A stretch of DNA of 37,668 nt, taken from the NCBI GenBank assembly GCA_041288095.1, contig JBGGMJ010000100.1, forward strand, positions 1-37,668. Direction: 5' to 3'. A program made the position numbers and the translations under genes. Positions 1-8,763 of the stretch are shown here, one piece after another; the first letter of the stretch is position 1, and each line of letters opens with the position of its first letter. Source of the DNA: Myxococcota bacterium (lineage in GTDB: Bacteria; Myxococcota; XYA12-FULL-58-9; JALHOP01). The notes below the pieces were generated by a model. It saw nothing but the letters and a program-made list of their open reading frames with translations. It was not told where the DNA came from and ran no database searches.

Positions 1-114
1 TGCTCGACCGTCGTTACAGCAACGTGTCGCAACAAAGCTCGGGGGATGCTTTGGTGCGGACGCCGCAGAATCCCCGCCTCATTTTCGCCGGTATCGAGGT
101 TGCTTACTGACCGA

Positions 115-159
115 CCGTGACGCTGGTGCTTGCGAGGCCGTGACGCTGGCGCTTGCGAG
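115..159. repeat. Two-copy tandem direct repeat (22 bp unit, period 23)
   Basis: ccgtgacgctggtgcttgcgag (115-136) and ccgtgacgctggcgcttgcgag (138-159) differ at one position. Confidence 0.9.
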
Positions 160-224
160 CCGTTTTAGCGTCTGCCGTTTGGGGCCTCGGTGGATCTGCT
201 CCCAGGGGGTTGAGGAGACCCGGG
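152..224. repeat. Left arm (core) of long inverted repeat
   Basis: 152-224 equals the reverse complement of 725-797 at 71/73 positions. Weaker patchy similarity extends inward to ~355/605 and outward to ~127/820. Confidence 0.95.
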
Positions 225-297
225 CGCCTTCGCCAGCTTTGGGGTTTAAGGGTTCTGCGTGAGCCGTGAGGTTGTGCTGCGCTGCCGGGAGCTCCAG

Positions 298-495
298 CTA
301 TATCGGTGTGGCCGCTTTAGCGGAATGCGCGTCAACGCGCATTCTGCTGTGTCGCACGAGGTCGCGCAAGCGCATGAGCTCGTCGTAGGTCTCGGCGTCG
401 ATGGTGAGCTTCAGCTTGTAGTGGCCGGCGTCGAGGGGCTCGGGTTGGGGCGCGCGCGGAAGAGGAGGGAGCTCGAGCCGCGGAGCGCGCGAACG
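298..495 (-). pseudogene. Start-less gene remnant resembling the linker region of myxobacterial/acidobacterial HNH endonuclease-domain proteins
   Basis: Open frame between two TAG stops reads ...PRAPQPEPLDAGHYKLKLTIDAETYDELMRLRDLVRHS.... From memory this resembles the EPLxxxxYKLxFTxxxExxxxLxRxxDLLRH segment of that family. No start codon lies upstream of the motif and no HNH motif is present. Confidence 0.5.
323..344. repeat. Perfect palindrome / REP-like hairpin
   Basis: gaatgcgcgt-ca-acgcgcattc (10 bp arms). A related imperfect copy aaaatgcgcgtcaacacgcgtttt lies at ~614-637. Confidence 0.8.
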
Positions 496-724
496 CTATT
501 ACGAGCGGACATCTGTAACTGCTTATGCCCCGTGACATCTCGAAAAGCTGCCGACACACAAAGTGAAACAAAAGCGGAAGCCGCCGTCGTTTTTTTTACA
601 CACCCGCGCACGCAAAATGCGCGTCAACACGCGTTTTCCGAGCGGCCGCTATAGCGACAGCCCCCATTGCGAAGCACAACCTCCGGCCCCGCGCAGCAAG
701 CAGGCGCCAAGGTAACCACCCGCC

Positions 725-797
725 CCCGGGTCTCCTCCACCCCCTGGGAGCAGATCCACCGAGGCCCCAAACAGCAGACGCTAAAACGGCTCGCAAG
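725..797. repeat. Right arm (core) of long inverted repeat
   Basis: Reverse complement of 152-224 with 2 mismatches. Confidence 0.95.
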
Positions 798-820
798 TGA
801 TGCACAACGGCTCACAACAC

Positions 821-1519
821 CTAGCGGTGCACCGCGTAGATACGCCGCACGTAAACAGCCACCGGGTGCTCGCGCCACCGCTCGAACAGCGGCCGCAACA
901 CCGGCGGAACGACGACGCTCGCGTAGATGGCGCAGCGCTCTGGAAGCACCAGCAGCGAGAGCAAGCTCGCCACGGTGAGGTCAGCGCGGCCGAAGCAGCC
1001 GCCGACCAGGTAGTCTCTGCCCGCGATGCGGCCCGCGAGCCAGGTCAGCTCGCCGGCGATTCGCTGCTCGAGGGCGGCGATGTGGACGAGCTGCGTTCGC
1101 ATGGCGCGGATCATGAGGCGACGCGTGATCGGCCAGGCTGCACGTCCCGCGAGGCCGGCGGCGCCTCGGACCCGCGAGAAGAGCAGCTCGGCGGCGTGCC
1201 CGGGCGTCTCGTTCAAGAGCCCGGCGTAGACCATGCGACGGCCCGCGACCGCGAGGTTCTTGGCGACCCGGTCCTCGAGCTCGGGGTCACCGCCGTCGAG
1301 CCCAGCCCAGTCGAGGATGGCGCCGCTACCTTGAACGATGTCGCTTCTGGTCCGCAGAAACGGCACCTCGCTCCTCGCCCCCATGCCGCGGGCTTGCACG
1401 ACGTGGGGGCCGGGTGCGAGCGCGACCTCGTCGAACGGGATGCCGCGATGTTGCAGCGCCCAGCGGGCCCGCTCGCAGAAGTGCGATGGTGAAAAGACGT
1501 AGAGGCGCGGGCGCTTCAG
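821..1519 (-). CDS. Glutathione S-transferase family protein
   Basis: The frame of ORF 821..1399 stays open upstream and reads LKRPRLYVFSPSHFCERARWALQHRGIPFDEV...SEVPFL...IVQGSGAILDW (GST N-domain: SxxCExxRWxL, cis-Pro VP, xS). The C-domain has YLVGGCFGRADLTVASLL. Probable start is CTG at 1519, overlapping the gdh stop. Confidence 0.85.
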   Translation of the reverse strand: MKRPRLYVFSPSHFCERARWALQHRGIPFDEVALAPGPHVVQARGMGARSEVPFLRTRSDIVQGSGAILDWAGLDGGDPELEDRVAKNLAVAGRRMVYAGLLNETPGHAAELLFSRVRGAAGLAGRAAWPITRRLMIRAMRTQLVHIAALEQRIAGELTWLAGRIAGRDYLVGGCFGRADLTVASLLSLLVLPERCAIYASVVVPPVLRPLFERWREHPVAVYVRRIYAVHR

Positions 1520-4500
1520 CTGACCGTTCGCTCGATGCGGTCCGCCGCCATGACCAAGCCGGCAAGGCCGGTGGTCGCGTTCGCCAGAGGCGCGAGCTCG
1601 CGCTTCACGCTCTCTTGCATGCGCGTCGCGGTCTCGCTGGCGAGCCCGCCATTCTGCATGACGTTCGCGGTCATCTGCGCCCAGTGCTTGCGCAAGCGGT
1701 CACGCAGCGCGAAGTGCGCCGGGGAGTCGACCTCTTCGGTTTGTCCGGCGACCTGAGCCTGCTGCTTCGAGAGCGCAGCGAGACCAGTGGCCGAGCCCAG
1801 GGTGAAATACGCCTTGGCCACATCGCCGAGCGGCTGCTCACCGCGGCTCGCGAGCTGCGCGATCCAAGCGATGTCCATCGCCGACTCGACCAAGACGAGG
1901 CTGGCGACGCTCGCCGCGAGCTCGTCGCCGGCACCCGCGCCCGCATAGTCCGCTTTGGCGGCATTGGCTGGAGCCATGTCCTCCGGAGGCATGACCTCGG
2001 AGGCGCGCGTCAGCAATGCTTGGATCGATGGGCCCAGGGGCTCAGCGAGGGAGATCTCGCGGCGCAACAACCAGCTCGCGACCTTCTCCACCGCGTCCTC
2101 GATGGCGAGGCGCATGCGGTACTCGGCGTCGGTCGAGACCTTGCTCTCGACGGCGGCAACCTGCCGCTTGAGCGCTATGGCGTTCACGAGCTTCGAGGCT
2201 TTTGAGTAGCTCACGAGGATGTCCGAAGCGCCACGGCCCGTGCGTAGCGTGGTCTCCGCGAGCCAGCTCGCGCCGGCGTCACCGACGACACCGTTCACCA
2301 GGATGGTGCGCGCGATGTTGATGCCGAGCGGGTGCTCACGCACCGCTTGAGCCAGCTTCTCGACGATCACCGGCGGGAAGTACGCGGCGAGCTCGCCCGA
2401 GAGCTGGTCGAGGAGCAGACGGCTCTCTTTCGCGAGCTCGTTGCGCATGTCCTGCTTCGCGAGCTGCAGCATGACGGAGAGCTCGGGCCGGGTCATGCCT
2501 TCGTTGCGCTGCTGGCGCTGCGCGAAGATACGCTCGCCGGGCAAGTGCATGTCACGGCGCTTGAAGGGGATGCGGTCCGAGAGGAACGCTACCGCGCGCT
2601 GGAAGCGGTTGATGTTCTGCTTGCTGCGGATCTCGTCGAGCGAAATACCGCGGCTCTGCACCCAGTTGTTGTGGAGCACCGCGAGATCGACTTCGACGCG
2701 CACGCGCTCCATCAGCTCGTCGCGCGCTTCGCGGGTCATGCTGCTCGCCGCGATCATGCGCTCGAAGAGAATCTTGAGGTTGACCTCATGGTCGGAGAGG
2801 TCGACGCCGGCGGAGTTGTCGATGGCGTCCGTGTTCAGACGCACGCCGCGGCTCGCGAGCTCGATGCGACCTTCCTGGGTGATGCCCAGGTTGCCGCCTT
2901 CCGAGACCACGCGGGCGCGGATCTCGGTGGCGTCGACGCGCACCACGTCGTTGGTCGCGTCGCCGACATCGATATGCGTCTCGTGACTCGCCTTGATGTA
3001 GTTGCCGATGCCGCCGTTCCACCAAAGGTCGACCGGCGCGCGCAGGATGGCTTGCACGACTTCGTTACCGGACAACGCCTCGGCGCTGACGCCGAGCGCC
3101 GTGCGGATTTCGGGCGACAAGGCGATCGACTTGGCGCGACGAGGAAAGACGCCGCCGCCAGGGCTTATCATGTTCGCCGGATAGTCTTCCCAGCTCGAGC
3201 CCGGGGTCTCGAAGAGCTTCTTGCGGATGCTGAACGACGCTTCTGGATCGGGATTCGGATCGAGGAAGATATTGCGGTGGTCGAACGCCGCGACGAGCTG
3301 GATCTTCCGCGAGAGCAACATGCCGTTGCCGAAGACGTCGCCGCTCATGTCGCCGATGCCGACGACACGGATACGGTCGGCTTCGGGGTTGATGTTCATC
3401 TCCTTGAAGTGGCGCTTCACGCACTCCCAGGCGCCGCGGGCAGTGATGCCTTCCTTCTTGTGGTCGTAGCCCTTCGAGCCGCCCGACGCGAACGCGTCGC
3501 CGAGCCAGAAGCCGCGCTCCAACGCAATCGAGTTCGCGGTGTCGGAGAGGTGCGCGGTGCCTTTGTCCGCCGCGACGACCAAGTAGTGATCCTTGTCCTC
3601 GTAGCAGAGCACGCGCGGCGGCGTGATCTTGTCGTTGCCGACCAGGTTGTCGGTAACGTCGAGGAGACCACCGATGAAGATCTTGTAGAGCTCGTCGGCT
3701 GCCTTGCGACGTTCGGCGGCGCCCTGCGGCGGGTCCTTCAAGATGAAGGCGCCCTTCGCGCCTCGCGGCACGATGAGGACGTTCTTCAAGTTCTGCGTCG
3801 CCATCAGGCCGAGGACTTCGGTGCGATAGTCGTTACGGCGGTCGCTCCAGCGGATACCACCGCGCGCGACCGCGCCCATGCGCAAGTGGAGGCCGGCGAC
3901 TAGCGGATGATGCACGAGAATCTCGCGGTACGGCCGCGGCTCGGGCATACGCGTCACCTTCTCGGGGATGAACTTCAGGACGATGTGGTGCTCGCGCGCT
4001 TCGTCGCGGCGATAGAAGTTCGTGCGCACAGTGGCGTCGATGAGGTTCGCGAAGGTGCGGAGGACCTGGTCGCTGGTGAGGTCGGAGACGCCTTCGAGCA
4101 AGATGTCGACGCTGCGGCGCGCGCGCGCCAACACCTCTAGGCGCTTCTCGTCGACGGTGGTCGGCGACAAGCCTTCGAAGTCCGGATCGAACTTGGCGCG
4201 GAAGAGCTCGGAGAGCGCCTTCACGACGTCGGGGTGGCGCAGCAGAATGTCGCGGATCGCGGTTTCACCGTGCGCAAGGCCGATCTGCTTGGCGTAGTGC
4301 GAATACGCGCGGATGAGCGCCGTCGTGCTGTAGGTGATGTCCGCACGCAATAGCAGACGGTTGAGCTGGTCGTTGTCCATGGCCCCGGTGACCACGGCCT
4401 TGATGGCGGAGCGCAAGCGGTTGCGGCGCTGCACCAGGTCATTCTCGGCGCCGGTGCCCTGACCGGTCGGCTGCGGCGCGTCGGCCCAGCGGATGCGAAA

Positions 4501-6339
4501 GGTCGAAATGATGCGCTCTTTTTTTCCCGGCGCGCGTACCGTCGTGGGGAACTGGTCGATGACGATCAACCCGAAGTTGTCGAGGATCGGCATGATGTTC
4601 GAGAGGAACAGGCTCTGCGACTCGTAGAGACGCAGGCGCGTGATGCTCGCCTGCTCGTCGACGTTTTCGCGATAGATGTCGCAGTCGAACGGGTTCTGCT
4701 CGGAGAGCGCCTCGATCAGCTCGATGTCGCTGACGGCGCGCGAGATGCTCGTCTCTTCCTGATACCGCGGGGAGAAGGCGTTGGCGTAGAGCTCATGGAG
4801 CCGGCGCGCGTCGGAGACGCCGTGGCGCTTGCGCAGCTCGTCGTAGAGACGGTCCGCCCACGGGCTCGCCATCTGCTCGATCTCGGCGCGCAGCGTCGCC
4901 TCTTCGGCTTCGGACAGCGCCTGCACGCCCGAGAGATAGAAGTGGAAGCTCACCGCCTCGCCGTCGCCCGCGTAGACACCGTCGTCGACCGCGGACGCCT
5001 TGAAGCGCTCTTTCAAGAGCTGCTTGATGTGCGCGCGGAGCTCATCGTCGTAGTGCGTGCGCGGCAGCGCCACGAATGCGAACACCGTGCTCTGTGTGGC
5101 GTCGGCGGTGAAGTGGACGGAGATGCGCCGCTCGTTCTCGGCGCTCATGATGCGGTCGACGAGGGCGCGGATGTCGTCGATCGACAGACCGAAGATGTAC
5201 TCGAGCGGGAGTGCGTTGAAGGCGTTGCGGGCCGAGCGATAGAGATGCGAGCCGCGTTGAGCGCCCAATAGCGTGTAGAGCTCGGTCACCTTGCGATCGA
5301 GGCGCGGGATGTCGGTGCGCGCGACGGCAAGGCCCTGGAAGCTGAAGAGGCCTTCGACCACGATCACGCCCGTCGCCTGATGACGGTCGTCGAACGCTTG
5401 TAGAACGACGTGGTTCAGTCGGCCGGCGCGGTAGACCCACGACTCGGATCCGCTTTTGCGGAGGTTCAAATAGGGCGTGTCGCCGCCGAGGGCGCGCTTG
5501 TCGCCGTCCTCGATCTTGAGGCCGCGCCAATCGTCGAAACGGCCGTTGCCGTAAGCTTCTTCCTTCGCGGCGCTACCATTCGGCTGATCGGCGCCGCGGG
5601 GCACGAAGCGGGTACCGACGATGACGAAGTGCTCGTCGAGCATCCAGCGCAACATGCGCGCGTCTTCCTCGAGCTTCGCGCGCATCTCGCTCTTGTCGCG
5701 AGCCAGCGCTTCGAAGCGACCGGCGGTGGTCTCGAGCACGCCCCGCATCGCCTGGAAGTCGCTGATGCAGACTTGCAGCGCGGAGAGCCGGCCGTTGACG
5801 TAGCTCTCGATCTCGTCGCGACGCTTCAACAGATCGTCGGCCTCGATCTCGACCCAAATGATCGATTCGACCGGCGCGCCGGCGATGCCGACTCCGTCCA
5901 CCGCGCCCTGTTCGTCACGGCGGATGGGCACGACGGTGTTGATGGTACGGTAAGTGCGCAGGCCCAGGTGATCGATGGCCAGGCGCGTGGTGCTGTAGGT
6001 GAACTGCATGTCGGGCATGCAGACGATGAGGACGCCACGGCGCTGGCTCGATTGATCGGGCTGCGTGACGCGAACACGGATCTCGTCGCGCTTGCGTTGA
6101 CTGATGCCGTGGAAGAGGTGCTCGAGATCGGGGAGCAGCTCGGCGGGCGGATGACGCTCGAGGTAACGCGCGTCGATCGAGCGCGACACGAAGCGGGCGA
6201 AGACGCGGAAGAGATCTTCGTGGCGACCGATGAGGTGCGGCTCGTAGATGTCGATGGCCGAGATCAGAGTCTCGACGCGATCGGCGGAGCGGGGTTTGGC
6301 GGGTGTCGTGCTGCTATTCGGGGTGGTGGTCGAGCTCAT
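1516..6339 (-). CDS. gdhB: NAD-specific glutamate dehydrogenase, large (~180 kDa) bacterial type
   Basis: 1607 aa with hallmark motifs GLHLRMGAVARGGIRWSDR, KNVLIVPRGAKGAF, YLVVAADKGTA, FASGGSKGYDHKKEGITARGAW, GIGDMSGDVFGNGML, EGGNLG and DNSAGVDLSDHEVNLKI. Confidence 0.97.
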   Translation of the reverse strand: MSSTTTPNSSTTPAKPRSADRVETLISAIDIYEPHLIGRHEDLFRVFARFVSRSIDARYLERHPPAELLPDLEHLFHGISQRKRDEIRVRVTQPDQSSQRRGVLIVCMPDMQFTYSTTRLAIDHLGLRTYRTINTVVPIRRDEQGAVDGVGIAGAPVESIIWVEIEADDLLKRRDEIESYVNGRLSALQVCISDFQAMRGVLETTAGRFEALARDKSEMRAKLEEDARMLRWMLDEHFVIVGTRFVPRGADQPNGSAAKEEAYGNGRFDDWRGLKIEDGDKRALGGDTPYLNLRKSGSESWVYRAGRLNHVVLQAFDDRHQATGVIVVEGLFSFQGLAVARTDIPRLDRKVTELYTLLGAQRGSHLYRSARNAFNALPLEYIFGLSIDDIRALVDRIMSAENERRISVHFTADATQSTVFAFVALPRTHYDDELRAHIKQLLKERFKASAVDDGVYAGDGEAVSFHFYLSGVQALSEAEEATLRAEIEQMASPWADRLYDELRKRHGVSDARRLHELYANAFSPRYQEETSISRAVSDIELIEALSEQNPFDCDIYRENVDEQASITRLRLYESQSLFLSNIMPILDNFGLIVIDQFPTTVRAPGKKERIISTFRIRWADAPQPTGQGTGAENDLVQRRNRLRSAIKAVVTGAMDNDQLNRLLLRADITYSTTALIRAYSHYAKQIGLAHGETAIRDILLRHPDVVKALSELFRAKFDPDFEGLSPTTVDEKRLEVLARARRSVDILLEGVSDLTSDQVLRTFANLIDATVRTNFYRRDEAREHHIVLKFIPEKVTRMPEPRPYREILVHHPLVAGLHLRMGAVARGGIRWSDRRNDYRTEVLGLMATQNLKNVLIVPRGAKGAFILKDPPQGAAERRKAADELYKIFIGGLLDVTDNLVGNDKITPPRVLCYEDKDHYLVVAADKGTAHLSDTANSIALERGFWLGDAFASGGSKGYDHKKEGITARGAWECVKRHFKEMNINPEADRIRVVGIGDMSGDVFGNGMLLSRKIQLVAAFDHRNIFLDPNPDPEASFSIRKKLFETPGSSWEDYPANMISPGGGVFPRRAKSIALSPEIRTALGVSAEALSGNEVVQAILRAPVDLWWNGGIGNYIKASHETHIDVGDATNDVVRVDATEIRARVVSEGGNLGITQEGRIELASRGVRLNTDAIDNSAGVDLSDHEVNLKILFERMIAASSMTREARDELMERVRVEVDLAVLHNNWVQSRGISLDEIRSKQNINRFQRAVAFLSDRIPFKRRDMHLPGERIFAQRQQRNEGMTRPELSVMLQLAKQDMRNELAKESRLLLDQLSGELAAYFPPVIVEKLAQAVREHPLGINIARTILVNGVVGDAGASWLAETTLRTGRGASDILVSYSKASKLVNAIALKRQVAAVESKVSTDAEYRMRLAIEDAVEKVASWLLRREISLAEPLGPSIQALLTRASEVMPPEDMAPANAAKADYAGAGAGDELAASVASLVLVESAMDIAWIAQLASRGEQPLGDVAKAYFTLGSATGLAALSKQQAQVAGQTEEVDSPAHFALRDRLRKHWAQMTANVMQNGGLASETATRMQESVKRELAPLANATTGLAGLVMAADRIERTVS

Positions 6340-6447
6340 GCGGCGCGGTTCCCTTTGAAACGTGCGCGCCGTCTACCACGACGGGTGCCGGGCCGTAAGT
6401 GCGGCTAGAGTGCCCTCAAAGAGCGCTTTCGGCGCACTGCGTCACAC

Positions 6448-8007
6448 TCAACCGAGACGCACCCACGCGCTGGGCTCGAGCTTCGAGAGCTCGCCGCCGA
6501 GGAGGCTCTGAACCGCCGCGGAGAGAGCAGCCCAGACCGGCTCGTCGCTCGCCCAGAGGACGGTGGTTGGGGCGTCATCGACTGTGTCGACCGCCACGGC
6601 GATGCGGGCCGCGAGGGGAAAGAGGGCGCGGTCGATCGCCGCGGCGTCCATGGTGACCGAGGCGCCGGCGATGCTCACCTCGAAGTCGCTGTCTTCGGCG
6701 TTGCGAGCCAGCTCGACTTGCTTCGCGAGGGCTTGGCGCAGTGATGGATCGTCGTCGACGTCGATGCCGTGATCCTTGAGCAGGGTCCGCGCGGTCGCTG
6801 CCTGCACCGCCGCGTCCGCGTCCCAGATACCGCAATCGCCCGCCGCGACGTAAGCATCGCGTCTCCCATCGCGGACACGTCCGACACGCGTCTCCACGCC
6901 GCTCACGGCGATGACGACCGCGTTGTCTTGGCTGACGCGCGCGGCCAGCGCCACGATGTCGTCCACGAACTCGAGGCTGTCGTTGCGGTCGAAAGCGGCG
7001 CGTAGCTCGGCGTCGATCGCGGCCGAACGGCTCGCCGGCAAGATGACGCGAAAGACCGGGGCTCTTCCGATGTGGTCGGCGTACGCTTGCAAGGTGTGGC
7101 GCGCCGCGGCCGCGGCAATCTCCGTCAACGCCACCGGCGTGCCCTGAACGGCGAGGGCAGGGCGACCGTTGTCGTCGGCGACCAGCGTGAGGCCGAGCTT
7201 GTTCGCGAAGAGCTGGACCCGCGCGCTTCGCCGGGTGTCCGCCCAAGCAAACAGGCCGGGCACGGCGAGCCCGTCGCCACCGATGGCGAGAGTGCTGTCG
7301 GTCATGCCGAGCGTCAGCGCCAGCTTGCGCTCGTCGAAACGGTCGGTCGGTCTGCCTTCGTTCGGCATCGACAGGGTGGCGAGAATGCTCGGGCCCGCGA
7401 GGTCGAAGATGACGTGAGGCGCCGCCTTCGCCTGGGCCTTCGGACGCGAGATCTCGACCGCCGGCTCGTCGAGCGTCAGCGGTAGGTCGAGCTCGAGGAG
7501 TGGCTCGCTCGCGGGCTTGTCGATTGCCTCCGCGAGGCCGGCGAGCAGCGATTCTTCTTCGTCGGCGCCGAGCTCGGCCAGTACCGTCTTGTTCGCTCTA
7601 GCGGACGCTTTGGGCTTCGCAGGCGCCGCGACCGACTTACGCGGCGCGCGCTCGCCCTCGCCGCGCGTCTTGACGATGTGGGTGACGAGATCCTCCGATT
7701 GCGGATCGAGGTCGACGAACTCGATGCCCATGCCCGGCGGCGAGTCCGGCTCCTTGGCGTCGGCGGCGCCCCGTGCCCAGCGGACGACGCCGGTGCCGCG
7801 GAAGATGCGGCTGTCGTCCTTGAGTCGGTACTCGAAGCGGACGCGGCTCCCGACCGGCGCCGGGTCGCGGGCGCGAATGAACAAACCCGTTCGCGAGACG
7901 TTGATCGAGAAACGCTCCACGAAGGTGTCGCGGTCGGGGTACTGGAGCTGCACCTTCAGCGTCACATCGACGCGTTGGTTACCCCGTTTTTGCGCGGAGT
8001 CGGTCAC
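6448..8007 (-). CDS. TIGR02266-type PilZ domain protein fused to a degenerate Hsp70/DnaK-like nucleotide-binding domain
   Basis: N-terminus has RGNQR, NVSRTGLFI, GVVRW and PPGMGIEF (PilZ). C-terminal part has DnaK-like remnants: VIFDLAG, LTEIAA...YADHIG...VILPA, KDHGIDVDDDPSLRQALAKQVELAR. Confidence 0.8.
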   Translation of the reverse strand: MTDSAQKRGNQRVDVTLKVQLQYPDRDTFVERFSINVSRTGLFIRARDPAPVGSRVRFEYRLKDDSRIFRGTGVVRWARGAADAKEPDSPPGMGIEFVDLDPQSEDLVTHIVKTRGEGERAPRKSVAAPAKPKASARANKTVLAELGADEEESLLAGLAEAIDKPASEPLLELDLPLTLDEPAVEISRPKAQAKAAPHVIFDLAGPSILATLSMPNEGRPTDRFDERKLALTLGMTDSTLAIGGDGLAVPGLFAWADTRRSARVQLFANKLGLTLVADDNGRPALAVQGTPVALTEIAAAAARHTLQAYADHIGRAPVFRVILPASRSAAIDAELRAAFDRNDSLEFVDDIVALAARVSQDNAVVIAVSGVETRVGRVRDGRRDAYVAAGDCGIWDADAAVQAATARTLLKDHGIDVDDDPSLRQALAKQVELARNAEDSDFEVSIAGASVTMDAAAIDRALFPLAARIAVAVDTVDDAPTTVLWASDEPVWAALSAAVQSLLGGELSKLEPSAWVRLG

Positions 8008-8021
8008 GTGTTTCTAGAGTG

Positions 8022-8693
8022 TCAGTCGACGAGCTTGTAGTCGAGCTGAACTTCCTTCTTCTTGCGAAGAACTTTCACCTTCGTTTGACCACCGCGCGCC
8101 GCGTGTAGGGCGCTCGATACGTCCGCGGCCGAGGCCACGGGATGGTCGTCGATGGCGACGACGACATCCGCGTTTTGCAGGCCTAGCTGGGCCGCTACGG
8201 ATTTGGGTTTGATCAACCGGATGACGACGCCGCCGGGCGCGGCCGCGAGCTTCGGCGCTCGGCCGGGGATCTGCAGGGCGGCGAGCTCACGCGCGAGCCA
8301 AGCGCGCTGCACGACGTAGCTGTCGCCGTTGATGCTCACCCCACCGGGGTCGACGCCGAGCGCCGCGTCGGCCGCGGACCAGGCGATGGCATCGACGTCG
8401 CGACCAGCGGACGAAGGCCGAGGAGCCGCGGCGGGCGCGGCCGTAACGGCAGATGCGGCGGCCGGCTCGGCGGAGCGACTCGCCTGGCCGTTTGCGAGCT
8501 CGCGCTGCAGCACCGAGAGCTGGTCTTCGATGCCCTTCAAGCGGTCGGCATCCGCCGGAGCCGCCGCGCCGCCACCACCGCCTCGCGACAGCTGAGCCAT
8601 CCGCGCTTCGAGGTTCGCGACGCGCGCTTCGGAGGCGCCACTGCAGGCGGCGCCGCACGCCGCGAGAAACACCGCTAAGAGAGCTCTACGCAT
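8022..8693 (-). CDS. Putative lipoprotein with C-terminal PDZ domain (GspC-PDZ-like)
   Basis: Signal/lipobox-like MRRALLAVFLAACGAAC, then a coiled coil and Ala/Pro linker, then GVVIRLIKPKSVAAQLGLQNADVVVAIDDHPV...VKVLRKKKEVQLDY. Confidence 0.8.
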   Translation of the reverse strand: MRRALLAVFLAACGAACSGASEARVANLEARMAQLSRGGGGGAAAPADADRLKGIEDQLSVLQRELANGQASRSAEPAAASAVTAAPAAAPRPSSAGRDVDAIAWSAADAALGVDPGGVSINGDSYVVQRAWLARELAALQIPGRAPKLAAAPGGVVIRLIKPKSVAAQLGLQNADVVVAIDDHPVASAADVSSALHAARGGQTKVKVLRKKKEVQLDYKLVD

Positions 8694-8763
8694 GCCGGAA
8701 TCGTACGCGGGCACGCTGGGTAGGTGCAAAAAACGTGGCGACAGCGTCGCGGCGCGTGTCCGA

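Noticed and set aside
115..159. Direct repeats as a possible CRISPR or guide array
   Set aside because: Only two adjacent copies with no spacer, and no cas genes in the window.
259..978. ORFs 259..654, 667..978, 624..878 and others over the inverted repeats
   Set aside because: No recognisable motifs. They run through repeat DNA or are antisense to the remnant, and 624..878 merely mirrors the left arm.
1516..1519. Selenocysteine or stop read-through fusing Gdh to GST
   Set aside because: The GST is in a different frame from gdh and no slippery heptamer is evident; coupled re-initiation is simpler.
6408..6440. Possible terminator hairpin between the PilZ gene and gdh
   Set aside because: The stem is only 4-5 bp with a weak U-tract; not distinguishable from chance.
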